Part shown: positions 27,052-39,463 of the stretch, piece by piece
How positions within the stretch are numbered: position 1 is the first letter of the stretch
Layout: every line of letters begins with the position of its first letter
Assembly: GCA_951406725.2 (NCBI GenBank)
Contig: OX597821.1
Span: forward strand, 106,020,001-106,084,000
DNA length: 64,000 nucleotides
Origin: Octopus vulgaris
Taxonomy: Eukaryota
Direction of reading: 5' to 3'
Translations under genes and position numbers: made by a program
Notes under the pieces: model-generated
What the model was told of the DNA's origin: nothing
Databases searched by the model: none
What the model saw: only the letters and a program-made list of their open reading frames with translations

Positions 27052-27265
27052 GTGTGTGAGTGTGTATGCCTTTGTGTGGTGTTTTGTTGCCCCCTCATCA
27101 CTTAACAACTCATGCTAGTGTGTCCCAGTAACTTAACGGGGCAGCAAAAGCTGTTTAAGTAATAGGCTTACAAAGAATAAGTCCTGGAGTCAATTTCTTC
27201 GACTAAAACCTTTTAAGCCGTTTCCTCAACATGGCTCAAGTTAAAAGACTGGAACATGTAAAATA
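26808..27265 (+). mobile_element. SINE (family of 22779-23235)
   Basis: Collinear similarity including ggcgtaggagtgg, ggtagacggaaactgaaagaa and aggcttacaaagaataa. Confidence 0.85.
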
Positions 27266-27539
27266 ATAAAATAATGAAAGAATAATGATAATGTACGTTT
27301 GTGTGCATTTACGTATGCATCGTAATATTATATCATAACATCAACTCGAATTTGTTATATACAGTTATGGTATTGGAAAATAGACGAGAGGCAACGTACC
27401 CACGGTATTTTGGGGTATAAAATATACTTTTAATAAAAAGAAAAGGCAATATGTAAAATCGATTTTATTTTATGCCGAGTTAATCATCTGCAAATTGCTG
27501 TTATTAAAAAAATAAATAAATGAATAAATCAACAGACAT

Positions 27540-28270
27540 TTAAATAGATGAAGGCAGGACCTGGAATGATAAGATTCTGGTAGGTTGTAGTTCTGCGGAC
27601 GAAAGATTAGTTGATTTGGCAAAGCGTTTTGTGTAGTATATCGTATTGAGTCATACTAACAATAAGAGAAGAAAATAACCGTTTGCTGGGTGTTGTAGTG
27701 AAGATACAATTCTGGCTTGAATGTAGAAGTAGAGGCTAATTTGGTCGTGTTAGAAGAAGCATTAGGAAAAAATAGCGTATCTCTGAGCTGCATATTGAAT
27801 CTTGTTTCATTCAGCCTTTGACAATCACTTGAATTGCTGTAGGAAAAGATTCAGCATAGAATACTAGTATGTACATTGGCAGCGCTCTCAAATAAATATA
27901 TGTATTGATCCAATTACAGCCTTTTTTGATGATTGGTGTATTTCAGCAACTGACCAGAGGTAATATTTTTCTTCTTTCTATATATATTGCGTAAGTTTTT
28001 CCTTATACATATAGAAGCAAAACATTTTATTCGTTTCTTTCTCAATTCCTTTATATATTGTAAATCAAGGAAGGTAACCAATACATGCGGCTGCTCAGTG
28101 CCTGATCGGGATTTTGATACCTGTTATATAATAATCCACTGTTCAAATGCGCTTAGCTACAAAGTAAAACTTTTACATTCATCCAAACCTCTGTTGGTAT
28201 ATCTCTCAAGTATACAGAATATTCTACGAAATTAGTCCTTACTCTCTAAATTTAAGCAACGGTAGTAATA
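27540..28270 (-). mobile_element. Possible highly decayed LINE RT C-terminal remnant
   Basis: Only weak motifs on the minus strand, for example NKIQYAAQR resembling L.KIQN.ALR. Confidence 0.25.
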
Positions 28271-29335
28271 CACGTGATTATCCCGTCTTTCACGTGCGTC
28301 TTTTACGATTATGGGGATCCCATTCATTATATCCATCTCATTTTCGGACTTCATTTACAATGACACACGTCTACCTTGAACTGAGATAAGATTGGGGAAT
28401 ATATATTAGTCATATGTCCTATTTTATCTATAGAAACTATTTCACCCATGTATATATTAATTTCCTTTGGGTACATAAAAAATCATGCTGCGTATGTATC
28501 AATCAGTAGACATTCTCATCGTTCCGTTACGATGTTAGAACATACCATTTCCAAGAATATCTGACACTTAAATTCGTTTCCACTTTTGAACATAAGAATC
28601 TGAAAATTCATATAATGAACAGTAAGGGTTTTTTTTTTTATCAGGGATCTCGAGCAAAATGACCGGATCAAGTGCCACAATTAACGATAATGGTAAAGCC
28701 ATGTAAGTGTTACTTCTCTGGTGTGCCTAGCGAAAATAGAACTAAAACAAGTATAAGTACGTTTACACAGTGACTCAAGTGCCGAGATATAGAGCGTTGA
28801 CACTTATCTAATGCTTGAAAAATGCCAACGCACATAACTGTGTTTTGGGGTCACATTCTAAGTTCTGTCGAAAAAAACATATCCATCTCGCGGGTTTGAT
28901 TGTGCTGTAAAACGTTAGTTTCCCATCCAACACAGCAATGTTTGAGTTTACCATCCAAGACAGCGATGTTTAAGTTAATATTTGATATATGATTATTCAA
29001 ATCTAAAATATAATGAGACGTGCATTTGTGTCAAATTGAAGTTCTTTGTAAATAAATTGTTTGTGCAGTGTATTTCGAAGAATTAAAGTTTCAACTGTTG
29101 TTCGATGTATCAATATCAGTTATTGATTTCAAATCGATATAAATATTCAAAATATACGATATCAACAATTTAAAATATCATTACAGCGTATATAATCAGT
29201 ACTTTGTACGTGTATACGTAAGCATGTGCATGTTTGTGTAGCACACACACACCTATATACCTGCAAATTAATACATAAGTCTGCGTATATAGATGCTCCG
29301 CACGCATATCTAAATGTATATGGATATCTATCTAA

Positions 29336-29440
<105 letters not shown>

Positions 29441-29699
29441 CGTAAACATTGTACCCCTGTGGCGTATATTCCAGTAGCATTATATATATAAAGATAAAGA
29501 TATAACTAATAATATTAGAGATAAAAATAGTAATAATAATTATAATAATTTTGTTAGTAATAGTGGTAATAATATTAGAAATTATAAAAATAAAAATAAT
29601 ATAAATAAAAATAAGAATAAAAATAAAAATAAAATTAATAACTTTAATAATTCTTTAAATGTTAATTATAAATATAAATCTGATAATAATAATAATAAT

Positions 29700-30473
29700 A
29701 TGATAAAGAAATATAATAATAACAATAATAATGACAGTTTTAATAATAAGAAGAAGGAAAATAAGAATAAAATTTGGTTAATAGTTCCTTATGGTGCTCA
29801 AGTTAAAACGAACATTATTAAAGATATTTTAGATATTATTGAACTATTTATTCGAGTTAATCGTAAATATAAAAACATTTTCTCTAGTAATAATTTTGGA
29901 GTAGGTTATTCCACCACTAATAGTGTAGGTAACATTATTTCTTCTTTTAACAAATTTAAACTGAATAATTTTTATAAAAATAAATTATATAATAATACCA
30001 ATAATAAAGACAAGACACTAATTAACTGTACATGTAGAGATAAAACTAAATGTTAATTAAATAATAAATGTGATATTAACGATGTAGTGTATAAATGTAT
30101 AGTTACATTACATGATAAGAATAATAATAATAACTCAAACGCGATATATATAGGGTCCACTTCCTCTAAAATAAAATTAAGAATCGCACAACATATGAAT
30201 TCATTTAAAAGTAAAAACTTAATTTACTCCACTGGACTTAGCAAGTACATTTGGAGACTTAAATCCCAAAATATTAATTATAATTTATCTTGGGAAATAA
30301 TTAGTAAAACTAAATCATATAGTATAGGAGCGAATTTTTGTTATTTATGTTCTAATGAGTTTAAGGAAATTTTATTTTATAAGCATGATAATTTACTGAA
30401 TACCTGTGATGAGCGCAAAATAAAATGCAGACACAAGTTACTTTACTTATATAATAAATTTCTTGATAAATAA
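29700..30473 (+). pseudogene. Penelope linker/Cys-rich region and GIY-YIG endonuclease, one in-frame stop at 30054-30056
   Basis: KIWLIVPYGAQVKTNI...NCTCRDKTKC*LNNKC...VVYKC...IYIGSTSSKIKLRIAQH...TGLSKYIWRLK...CYLCSNE...LLN...CRHK. The two track ORFs share one frame. Confidence 0.9.
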
Positions 30474-30706
30474 TGATTATATCTTAGCCTTAATTAGCTC
30501 CCTATTTGTTGTTTTATGTAATAGTATTATAAATATATTAGGTGATTTGTAGTGCTTATTATATTAGTTTATTTTAGTTATTTAGGTTCTGTTTTTAATT
30601 ATAGTTAGATTATAGATGGTTGTTCATTTTATTACTAAATATTTTATTACTAAATATGTTTTTAATAAATATTTAATGGTTTATTGAATATAGAGTCTGA
30701 TATTTA

Positions 30707-30775
30707 AATCACCTGAAGAATGACTGTAACTCGAAATTTTAAGAATTGGACAGCCATGAAACGATCGCAGTGTTT
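30707..30775 (+). ncRNA. Hammerhead motif in the pLTR downstream of the GIY-YIG ORF
   Basis: cac-CTGAAGA-atgactgt...acagccat-GAAA-cgatcg-CA-gtg. Palindromic CGAUCG stem III. U16.1 is mutated (GCA here, GUA in the 60.9-kb copy). Confidence 0.8.
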
Positions 30776-30984
30776 TACTAATTATCTTTTTTTAATAATT
30801 TTGATATATATTTAAAATAATATAAATTAATTAATCTTATGTATTGGCTTAAGTTTTTCATTGTATGATTTGCCTAATAGTGGTTTTATCTCTAATTTAA
30901 TATAATATAATATTTTACTATAAAATTGGATTCAATACTAAATCTGATTTTTCCCTGTAAGTTTGGATTTATTCCCTAATATTT

Positions 30985-31046
<62 letters not shown>

Positions 31047-31699
31047 TATAATATAATGCTTCTGGAATCTACTCCATGGGTGTACACTGTTGAAGAGCTT
31101 AATTAAACGAAATCTGCATACGAAATGCGGTGAGATGAAAATAGTATTTACTCGACTGTAATTGTATCCAAGCATAGCAATGAGCGGTCTCTCGTCTCTC
31201 TTGGTTATACTAATTACTTTGGCCTTGTATTCCACTCTTCGGGGCTTCTTGGTGAATCATAAATAATGTGAAACTAGTGGACTGAATAATATCTCAGAAT
31301 ATACGCTGTACTAGTAAAATATTAAATACATTTATCTAGATATTTGATAAAATAAATTACAAAAGAATTCAGAAAACACCTGCCTTCTTCAACAATGCAC
31401 AGATTTTGGGAGGTTATCGTTTTCAGAGATACCTGGAGAAACATCATGCTTCTTTATTGCGATTATTCACATAATATGCCATTAGGAAATTTCAGAAACT
31501 AATTTATTTCACTCTACTAAAAGTAGTAATCTGAGTTTAAATTTATTTTCCTTTCACACAAAAGCGAAACTTGTGAAATATACAAAGTTTATTGTTTTAA
31601 TTACGTAGTCAAGGGAATGTTTTTCCAGCAAAATTTTGTACTCTTACAGTCTGTTTATAATAGTATTATGATAATTTAAGCCGGAAAAATGCCTAAATA

Positions 31700-31890
31700 G
31701 TTAACACGCTGAAGCAAAATCCTTAGCGGTATTTCGTCTATCGTTACGTCCCCAGCATAAATTTCACTGGGGTCGGCTCTGCTTTCTAATCCTCCGGGTC
31801 AATAAAATAAGTACCAATTGAGTAGTAGGTTCAATGTAATCGACTTAAACACTTTTCTGGAATTCGTTTGCTTGGGACAGAATTTGAACT
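31700..31890 (+). mobile_element. Degenerate SINE (family of 36692-36925)
   Basis: cttagcggtatttcgtct...ggtcaataaaataagtacca...aatgtaatcgactt. Confidence 0.7.
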
Positions 31891-32382
31891 CCATATTACA
31901 ATAGCCGAGTATCATTGGCTGGAGTCAAATCAGATTCAAGGATAGAGAAATAGCTCAGAAAATAGAGCATACTCACCTTCCCATTTAAATATCTCCAGAT
32001 AACTTAGGCAACTTAAATTCATAACTTTTCAATTTTTCCAGTTTTGAGGTGAATATTAATTAAATTTATTGACTTTTCTCCTCTCTTTACTTCTAATTTC
32101 AATGAATTAAAAATGATATTCAGTTCACAACGTTGAGTATGGTAGAGTGAATAATTCTATATACATTTAATGTAGGATGTACCTTAGGGAAATTTTGAAA
32201 TGTCGTTATTTAATACTGTGCCATGTATTTAGATGCAACCAAATATCACAGATGAATACATCATATATACACACGTACATGCCTGCATACATAATACTCA
32301 TACAAATGCATACATGTATGAATATATATATATGAATATACACCCATATAAACACACGTACATATAGACTCACACTCATATA

Positions 32383-32436
<54 letters not shown>

Positions 32437-33249
32437 AATGTAGTTTTCAGTGATGCCTGTATATGTGTATGTACGTGTATGAATAGTGTATGTATGAATA
32501 TATACATACACTACTCTTCTGTCTCCTTAGCTTAGTAAATATTGCTAAAAATATTGACGTATGTCAGATAAAGTACTTAAACGTCCGTCTGTGTCATTGA
32601 TTGTGGCATGAAACGCGATGCTATCAGTGACATCTGCGTCTGCACATTGTCAGAATTACAATATAAATGAAGTGATGTCGGTGACACCGTAGTACATGAT
32701 TCGTTTGTATGTTCGACAAAATTGTTTTTCTTATTTGTCGTTGTGATTTTTAGGAAATAGCATTCCGGGAATACAATGTTTCCCAACACTTGCTGTCACT
32801 TCTTCTCATACATCCTTTTATTTATTCATTTATTTTAAATTATCAGCTTTCTTGATTTAAGATTTTTGTCGCTACTTGTAGCAAGTCAAAATCCGAATAC
32901 AGTAGCCCAGTTTGGGTTGTATGTATGCTTTTTAGAACCAAAATAATCCTCCAAAGCTATGTTTAAAATCATTATCATGAGTCTTGTCCTATTTAGTGAG
33001 TGCCCCACGCGACATTAATCAGTGTATGCTTCATTTTTCTGAGAATTTGGGTGACAACTTGTGAGAGGTCTTCATTTTACTTCGTATATTTTATAATCGA
33101 TCGCATTTAAATTCGCTCTGTGATCAATATATTTCCACTGTTGATCAATATTTTCCATTGTTTCTATTAAAAGTACAGATATAGCTCTCAGCTACAATTC
33201 AGCCAAGTCACAATACAACGAACATTGTTGTGAATTGTGCATAGATAGA

Positions 33250-34150
33250 CGCTGAGGAAACACGTAATTGATGAGTATTTTCTTCTCAAGCACTGGCACG
33301 GTTGCTACTATTATTAAAGCGTTAAGCTGGCAGTAGGTCCGACGATTTTTGGTATTTATTTCAGGTTTTTACGTTCTTGGTCGAAATCTTACTTATGTAA
33401 ATATATTTTATTCTTTCGGGGCCCATAAAATATTACGAAGCTCCTGAGGAGCTGAGTCATTCTTTTAAACAGGGGTTGATTTTGTTCGCCGAAGAAAGGA
33501 CCTTCCACAACCAGTTGCACAACATCCAGTAGGAAATGTGGCCTGTATACATTACATATAACTTCCCACATGTAATGAATACTAACTTCCCCCAAACTGT
33601 AGTGGTCTTAGAGTATGTCTCCAGTGAGAGCGACGTCGTGCCATTCCAGATCATTGAACAGGGCCTTAGGTTTAATTCAATTGCTGGTGACTATCGTCAA
33701 TCCATCGCTGGAGTAGGTTAATGTCAGAAGTTCATATGAGTGATAGCAGGATTCAACTCCTTATCACACCTACGGAAATATTCAAAAGTAGTTATCACTG
33801 AATTTCTACGACATCACCAGTATCAATTAATGGCTCCTAAATCCCCCAATTTTAAATGATTGCATTAATATTATGAGCGAGGTGCGTTTGGGAAAGAATC
33901 TTCCTGCAATACCAAGACCGAACTGGTGGCCAATATCAAGGAGGCGTTCAAACATTTTTCCAGATACACAATGAAGAACATATGCGCTTGGGTCTGGAGC
34001 ATTCCTTGTGGCTGTAGCTATAGGATGTTACTTTGATTGAAACGTTAGCCCCCAGCAATAATCTAGCTGATAATGTTCAAAATATATTATTTAAATAAAA
34101 AGTTGCGATGCGAATTTGTTTTAAATTTTCACATTTTGCAAGCTTTCACA
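33250..34150 (+). mobile_element. Decayed Tc1/mariner (DD37D-like) transposase remnant
   Basis: TNFPQTVVVLEYVSSESDVVPFQIIEQGLRFNS, QDSTPYHT and CNTKTELVANIKEAF, related to the 9570-10408 element. Boundaries approximate. Confidence 0.7.
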
Positions 34151-34900
34151 TTTGTATGAATATCTTCTGCGTGTGCGTGCGTTCGTGAGTGTGTGTGTGC
34201 GTGCGTGTGTGTGCGTGTGTGTGTGCGTGCGTGTGGTCTATTCAGATAAATGAGTACAATTACCAGACAACATGAGGACATGAAATCACTTCAGCAATGT
34301 AAATACAAATGCTGTTGTCGATTTCTTTTCTTTCTTTGAAATTTTACCTTTCCACGTTCTACAGTGTTTGCAGTGCGCTTTACATTACACGTTACGGTTA
34401 TCACTACAGGAATTCTACAGAAAGTACAGGCAGTAATGATTCTTGTTACGACGTTTCGTACCCGAGACCTCAGATGTACGCAAACAATGGGATCGAAGAT
34501 GAAAAAAGGTTAATGGGTGTGTATGTCATACTCCAGGAGATTTTGTTCCTTCATTAGCACCCATTTAACCCCATAATCATCTACGAAGACATCGCTTGAA
34601 CAACGCTTTTGGCTTTACCAATTTTACATATTAAACACATTTCTGGAAGCTGGTATGTAAATATTAATGACTTGTAGCGTCGCAGTATTTCATTCTGCCA
34701 TTATAATATACTACAAATTTTATGAAACGTTATATAATATTTAGAATGAGATCATTAACTTATTTTCATGTCTGCCTTCTGTTTTTATAGTGTCATATCT
34801 TTCTTCATCGTATTAAAGAAATTTTATTTTTCGTATTGTTATGTTCAGCTTTGTATTTTTTCTCATCATGGAGAAATGAGTAAAAGTTGATATTACCAAT

Positions 34901-35560
34901 AATAATACCCATAACCAATTCGGCGAGTCGGCATAAACATTAGCTGAATATTCTCCGTTTTACTTTCTGACTACAAATTCCATCGTTGTCGACTTTGCCT
35001 TTCATCATTTCGTGGTCGATAAAATAAATACAAGTTGAGTACCAGGATCGATGTAATGCACTTAACCCCTTCTGCGAAATGACTGGCTTTATCAAAATCT
35101 GAAAACAATAATACCCATAACCAATTCGGCGAGTCGGCATAAACATTAGCTGAATATTCTCCGTTTTACTTTCTGACTACAAATTCCATCGTTGTCGACT
35201 TTGCCTTTCATCATTTCGTGGTCGATAAAATAAATACAAGTTGAGTACCAGGATCGATGTAATGGACTTAACCCCTTCTGCGAAATGACTGGCTTTATCA
35301 AAATCTGAAAACAATATTACCCATAATCAAAGCAGTGAGGTGGCAGAATCGTAAGCACGCTGAGCAAAGGGCTTAGTGGCATTTCCTCAGCCTTTGCATC
35401 CTGAGTTCAAATTCCGCCGTGGTCTACTTTGCGTGCTTTTTCCTTCCAGAGTCCACAAAGTAATTACCAGTTGAATATTGGAGTCGATGTAATCGACCAA
35501 CACACTCTCCCAAAATTGCTGGTCTTATACTAAAATTTGAAGCCAGTATTACCTATAACC
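34901..35560 (+). repeat. Tandem SINE array: near-perfect 206-bp duplication plus a third diverged SINE
   Basis: Units start at 34901, 35107 and 35313. Units 1 and 2 are near-identical. Each junction carries an a(a/t)tacc(c/t)ataa motif. Confidence 0.9.
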
Positions 35561-36691
35561 CTGACCTGTCACATTTGTAGTCACGTGTCAAATATATCTT
35601 GTTCACCTGTAGATATTGTGATCTGCTCAGAAAGTTGCATTTAGCTACTTAATTTATTTCCATTCACTTCATATGTAGAAACACGGGGGGCTTTGTTCTT
35701 ATTTTTGCCGCAGCCGATAAAAATGCGTACCAGTCATATATAATATCGTAATAGAAGCTTGTTTTCTTTCTAAGAAGATAATTAACTTGTATGTTTTTGA
35801 TGTTGTTTTTGATGCTGTATATGCTTATATTAAGTACATATGAAGTCAGTTATATACGTGTAAGAACAAAATGCCTTTGGGCACATGAGCACATACAGAA
35901 ATTAATATGAATGCATAGCTATACACATAACCATGAAACTTTTATTCCGCTAATGATTTGTATTTCATTATTCATGAATTTCTTCTTGCTTTAAGGTTGT
36001 TCTAATACATAATTTCAACTTGGCGTATGAGCAGAAATGATAAAATGTTCTGACATTAGAAAAAAATAAAAACGAAATAGAAGAGAAAGAGTCATTTCAG
36101 AATGGTATTGCATTTCTGGAAGATAGCTAGCGAAAATAAATAAATAAGTACGAACACCTCACTGCGAACAGAAAAAAAAAACACGGTAAAAGCGATGGTT
36201 GTTTCATTTGAATAAGTTAATGGATATGTCGCTATAAATTTTAGTTAATGGACACATAAAAATTGGAGAGAAAGTAAGACACAGGTGAATAGCAGGAATG
36301 ATACTGGTTGTTATCAAGAGTATAAAGTTGATAGCTAGGGCGGGTGATTTTTCAATGTATTACGTGTCATAATAGTTTATTTGAAATTAGATAAGATTAT
36401 CTATTTTCGTACACAGCAGTTTGTCACTGGAGACGACAATAGAAAATGACATCTAGTTGAGCATTTGCAAATATTTAAGTTTTATTACTAATGCTACGTG
36501 TATTGATGCTAATTAATAATTCCGTAGCATCGCTATCGCTTTCCGTTGTCGTCAGAGTGTAGCAGTGTTTCAGTATAGCTTTCCGTTATATACGTAGAAG
36601 TATAGTAAATGGCTGTATGAATATTTCTTAGAGAAATCAGCATCAGCAAGTGTGGCTACCTAATCAAGGATAAGCTAAGATAGTGTTCCGA

Positions 36692-36925
36692 GCCGGCGAA
36701 CTGGCAGAATCGTTAGCACTCCGGGCGAAAATCTTAGTGGTATTTCGTCTGCCACTACGTTCTGAGTTCAAATTCCGCCGAGGTCGACTTTACCTTTCAT
36801 CATTTCGGGGTAGATAAATTAAGTACCACTTACGCACTAGGGTCAATGTAATTGACTTAATCCCTTTGTCTGTCCTTGTTTGTCTCCTCTGTGTTTAGAC
36901 ACTTGTGGGCAGTAAAGAAATAAGA
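36692..36925 (+). mobile_element. SINE with MetaSINE-like central domain
   Basis: tggcagaatcgttag...gagttcaaattcc (B box)...aggtcgactttacctttcatcatttcggggtagataaattaagtacca. Confidence 0.85.
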
Positions 36926-37703
36926 TAGTGTTTCGATCTTTCAAGTGGAATCAAGCGACATTTATTCTCGTGATTTCTACTAACTTCCGAATTGGTCTGT
37001 CTAAAATCTTATGCTTTCAAATTGCTAGAAAATCTGTGGAGAGAAAAATATCTCCTCTCGGAATAATATCTCCCGATTTTACACAACCAAATATTTATCA
37101 AGTTGTTTTGGTGCATAAACTGTACTGCAACGGTTCGTGTCAATTTTGGAGCATGGGGAAATCATCCGTCATACATTCATTCAGGAACCGAACCCTTCAG
37201 TAACGTTGACATTTCTCATATGACTAAAACATGCAAAATTTATTTCGAAGTTATCTGGAGAGGCAGCTCTTTACAATATGTCACCTTGGTTTTGTTTTTT
37301 GTTTTTTTTCTGTTCAAGATGCTGCAAACAGCCATGGTTTCTCATCACAGTGAGACTAAAGCTTAAGCAACCACTGAATGACAACCCAGATACGTTTTAT
37401 CTGCTTGTCAAAAACTCTATTACTTGATTTGGAGATATTTATGTAAATTAATTTTCATTTTCTTATCATTGTAAGAAAACAAGTATTATTATCTGATCTG
37501 AATGCCTTTATGTAAACTAGACAGAGAATATACAAGGCCCTAAACTCTTTCTTATCATTGTCAAAGAAACTATCACTTGATATGAAAACATTTGTGTAAA
37601 CTACTTTTTGACACATCATTCCTCCTTTTGGAAAATTGTCTAAATAAATGAAACCGGTTAAGTTAAAACCTTTAGAAGGCTCCTGTATATTCAGTTTCTT
37701 TTC

Positions 37704-37750
<47 letters not shown>

Positions 37751-37835
37751 TCACAAACAAGTAAACAAAAGATGAAGGCAAGTGGTGTAGACATCAAACA
37801 GATGTATTAGTATAAAACCCGAGAAATGAAAAAGT

Positions 37836-37871
37836 CTTTAATGTTTCGAGCCTAAGATCTTCCACACAAAG
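37836..37871 (-). ncRNA. Degenerate minimal hammerhead-like motif
   Basis: Minus strand: cttt-GTGTGGA-a-gatc(ttag)gctc-GAAA-ca-TT-aaag, within the 37748-37937 repeat that is homologous to 8858-9040. Confidence 0.4.
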
Positions 37872-37963
37872 GAACGCAGAAATAAACAAGGAGAGAAAAT
37901 AATGAATGTGTAGTGGCTAGCGATCTATCATGGCGAATATATATATATATTTCCTCTGACACC

Positions 37964-38016
37964 GTCTCCGATGAAGGGATTTTTTAAAATTAATATTCTA
38001 GAAACAGCTGTACGAC
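37964..38016 (+). ncRNA. Type I hammerhead motif (CCGAUGA variant)
   Basis: gtct-CCGATGA-agggat...attcta-GAAA-cagctg-TA-cgac. Palindromic CAGCUG stem III, GUA triplet. In a (TA)n-flanked insert 37950-38227 that is homologous to 60032-60250 (reverse). Confidence 0.75.
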
Positions 38017-38223
38017 CTTCTATCTATAAATGCTCTAATATATATAAAGCCTTGGTTTTTTATCTCATTACGCAAAAAATTAATATATGCACACGCTGAC
38101 ATAGAACCAAAGTTGATCCCTTTATTCGCAATATTACCGAATCTGGAACTTAGCTATGGTCTGTCTATAGCACTTATTCAGCATTACCAGGCACCTTTGG
38201 GTCTCAACGACACCATTATCTCT

Positions 38224-38275
<52 letters not shown>

Positions 38276-39140
38276 GCTGTTAATAGTTGAAATACATCTT
38301 CATAGATGTACTTGTATCGGTTACATTGTAGAAGCAAATAAACCTATGTCAGTATTTTTCAACATGAAGCCATTATTCACACAATTATTGCCATCATGTG
38401 AATGGTTTCTTTCCTGAAAGTTGAAATGCAATCGTATATATTCTTAAGTATAAATCTAAATCATCTGTCACCCTGAATATTTTTCGAGTGTACGCAATTT
38501 TCGGATAACGGTAATACAGAATTTGTGTAAACATATATTAAAGACAGGTGATTCGAATTTTCTTTAAGTGCACGTCATCAATGTAACCATAGAAGTGTTT
38601 CGTTCAACAAAGTATCGTGAATCTGCGGTCATCAATAATTTAGCAATAATTCTAAAGCCATTGTGTGTTCATGCATAGATTGTGCTACTTGCAAATACGG
38701 TATAATTTACATTATGAATGAAGGTCAGTCATACTGAAGGATTCATAAAAGATTCATAGGAAGAGAAAGTGAATTGTCTTAGCAATAAGCTACATTCACA
38801 TTGTTCGTAACATGTAGGCATATTGTATGCAGAGTAACGAAAGATGGAGATGGTCAATTTGAATATAAACGGAATGAATACCTAAGCGTCCGCTTATAAC
38901 TAGGCATAATTGAATTAGAGATACTCAAAATAAAGGGATTAAGGATATGACAAATACGTTATTTCCATTGCGTAAATTATCATACTTTCTATGTGCCTGG
39001 ATTATATACGTAATGCACCACCATTTAAATTTGAATCGTAAATTTTACCGATTTTATGTCGCGAAAACTTTAGACTATATCCAAAGACAATATATTTAAG
39101 AAATATATTTATACTAATAGAGAATATCACAAGTATTTAC

Positions 39141-39249
39141 CAAGGAATTTCAACCGTGTTTCGTGGTCTGCGATCACAACAGCTCCTTTATAGGATCCAG
39201 TTAGATCAAGACCTTTCGGAACTGTCTTCAGCTCTGGTGTTAGGTTCAT
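39141..39249 (-). CDS. Candidate first coding exon of an unidentified host gene (MNLTPELKTVPKGLDLTGSYKGAVVIADHETRLKFL, phase 1)
   Basis: Non-repetitive, more GC-rich island. ATG in gaagacATGa context with an upstream in-frame stop. Open for 109 nt to a donor-like TTG|gtaaat. Promoter-like motifs lie immediately upstream. No homolog recognised. Confidence 0.45.
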
Positions 39250-39307
39250 GTCTTCTTTCTTCTGTTCCCTGGCCTCTTCGATGTAGCGTCAACGAGTATC
39301 AATGGGC

Positions 39308-39463
39308 GACTGACTGTCTTGTCAAATTTCCCTTCAAATGCCTGCTGCTAGACTCCAGCAGAAGCCCCAGCAAGTTGTCACGTGACACTGTCTCAACTTT
39401 AACTGACCAATGAATTCTTAGTCCACGCATTCTCTAAACGAGACCGTCAACTGTCATGTGACA
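39308..39463 (-). promoter_or_regulatory. Candidate promoter: Inr, two extended E-boxes and a CCAAT box
   Basis: TCAGTC Inr-like (minus, 39308-39313), palindrome TGTCACGTGACA (39376-39387), CCAAT (39407-39411), TGTCATGTGACA (39452-39463). Confidence 0.5.

Larger units (their letters stand above)
29490..30986 (+). mobile_element. 5'-truncated AT-rich Penelope-like element (linker + GIY-YIG + pLTR)
   Basis: GIY-YIG ORF followed by a pLTR with a hammerhead motif. The terminus is homologous to 60488-60640 (reverse). Bounded by (TA)n. Confidence 0.9.

Noticed and set aside
34365-34510. Plus-strand exon after a polypyrimidine tract (YITRYGYHYRNSTES...)
   Set aside because: The acceptor is plausible, but the donor is weak, no homology was recognised and no partner exon was found.
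34901-35560. CRISPR-like repeat-spacer pattern
   Set aside because: Eukaryotic context, the 'spacers' are homologous SINE copies, and no cas genes are present.
39150-39225. Minus-strand CTGAAGA...GAAACACGG as a hammerhead
   Set aside because: Stem I and stem II do not pair. The sequence is better explained as the candidate coding exon.
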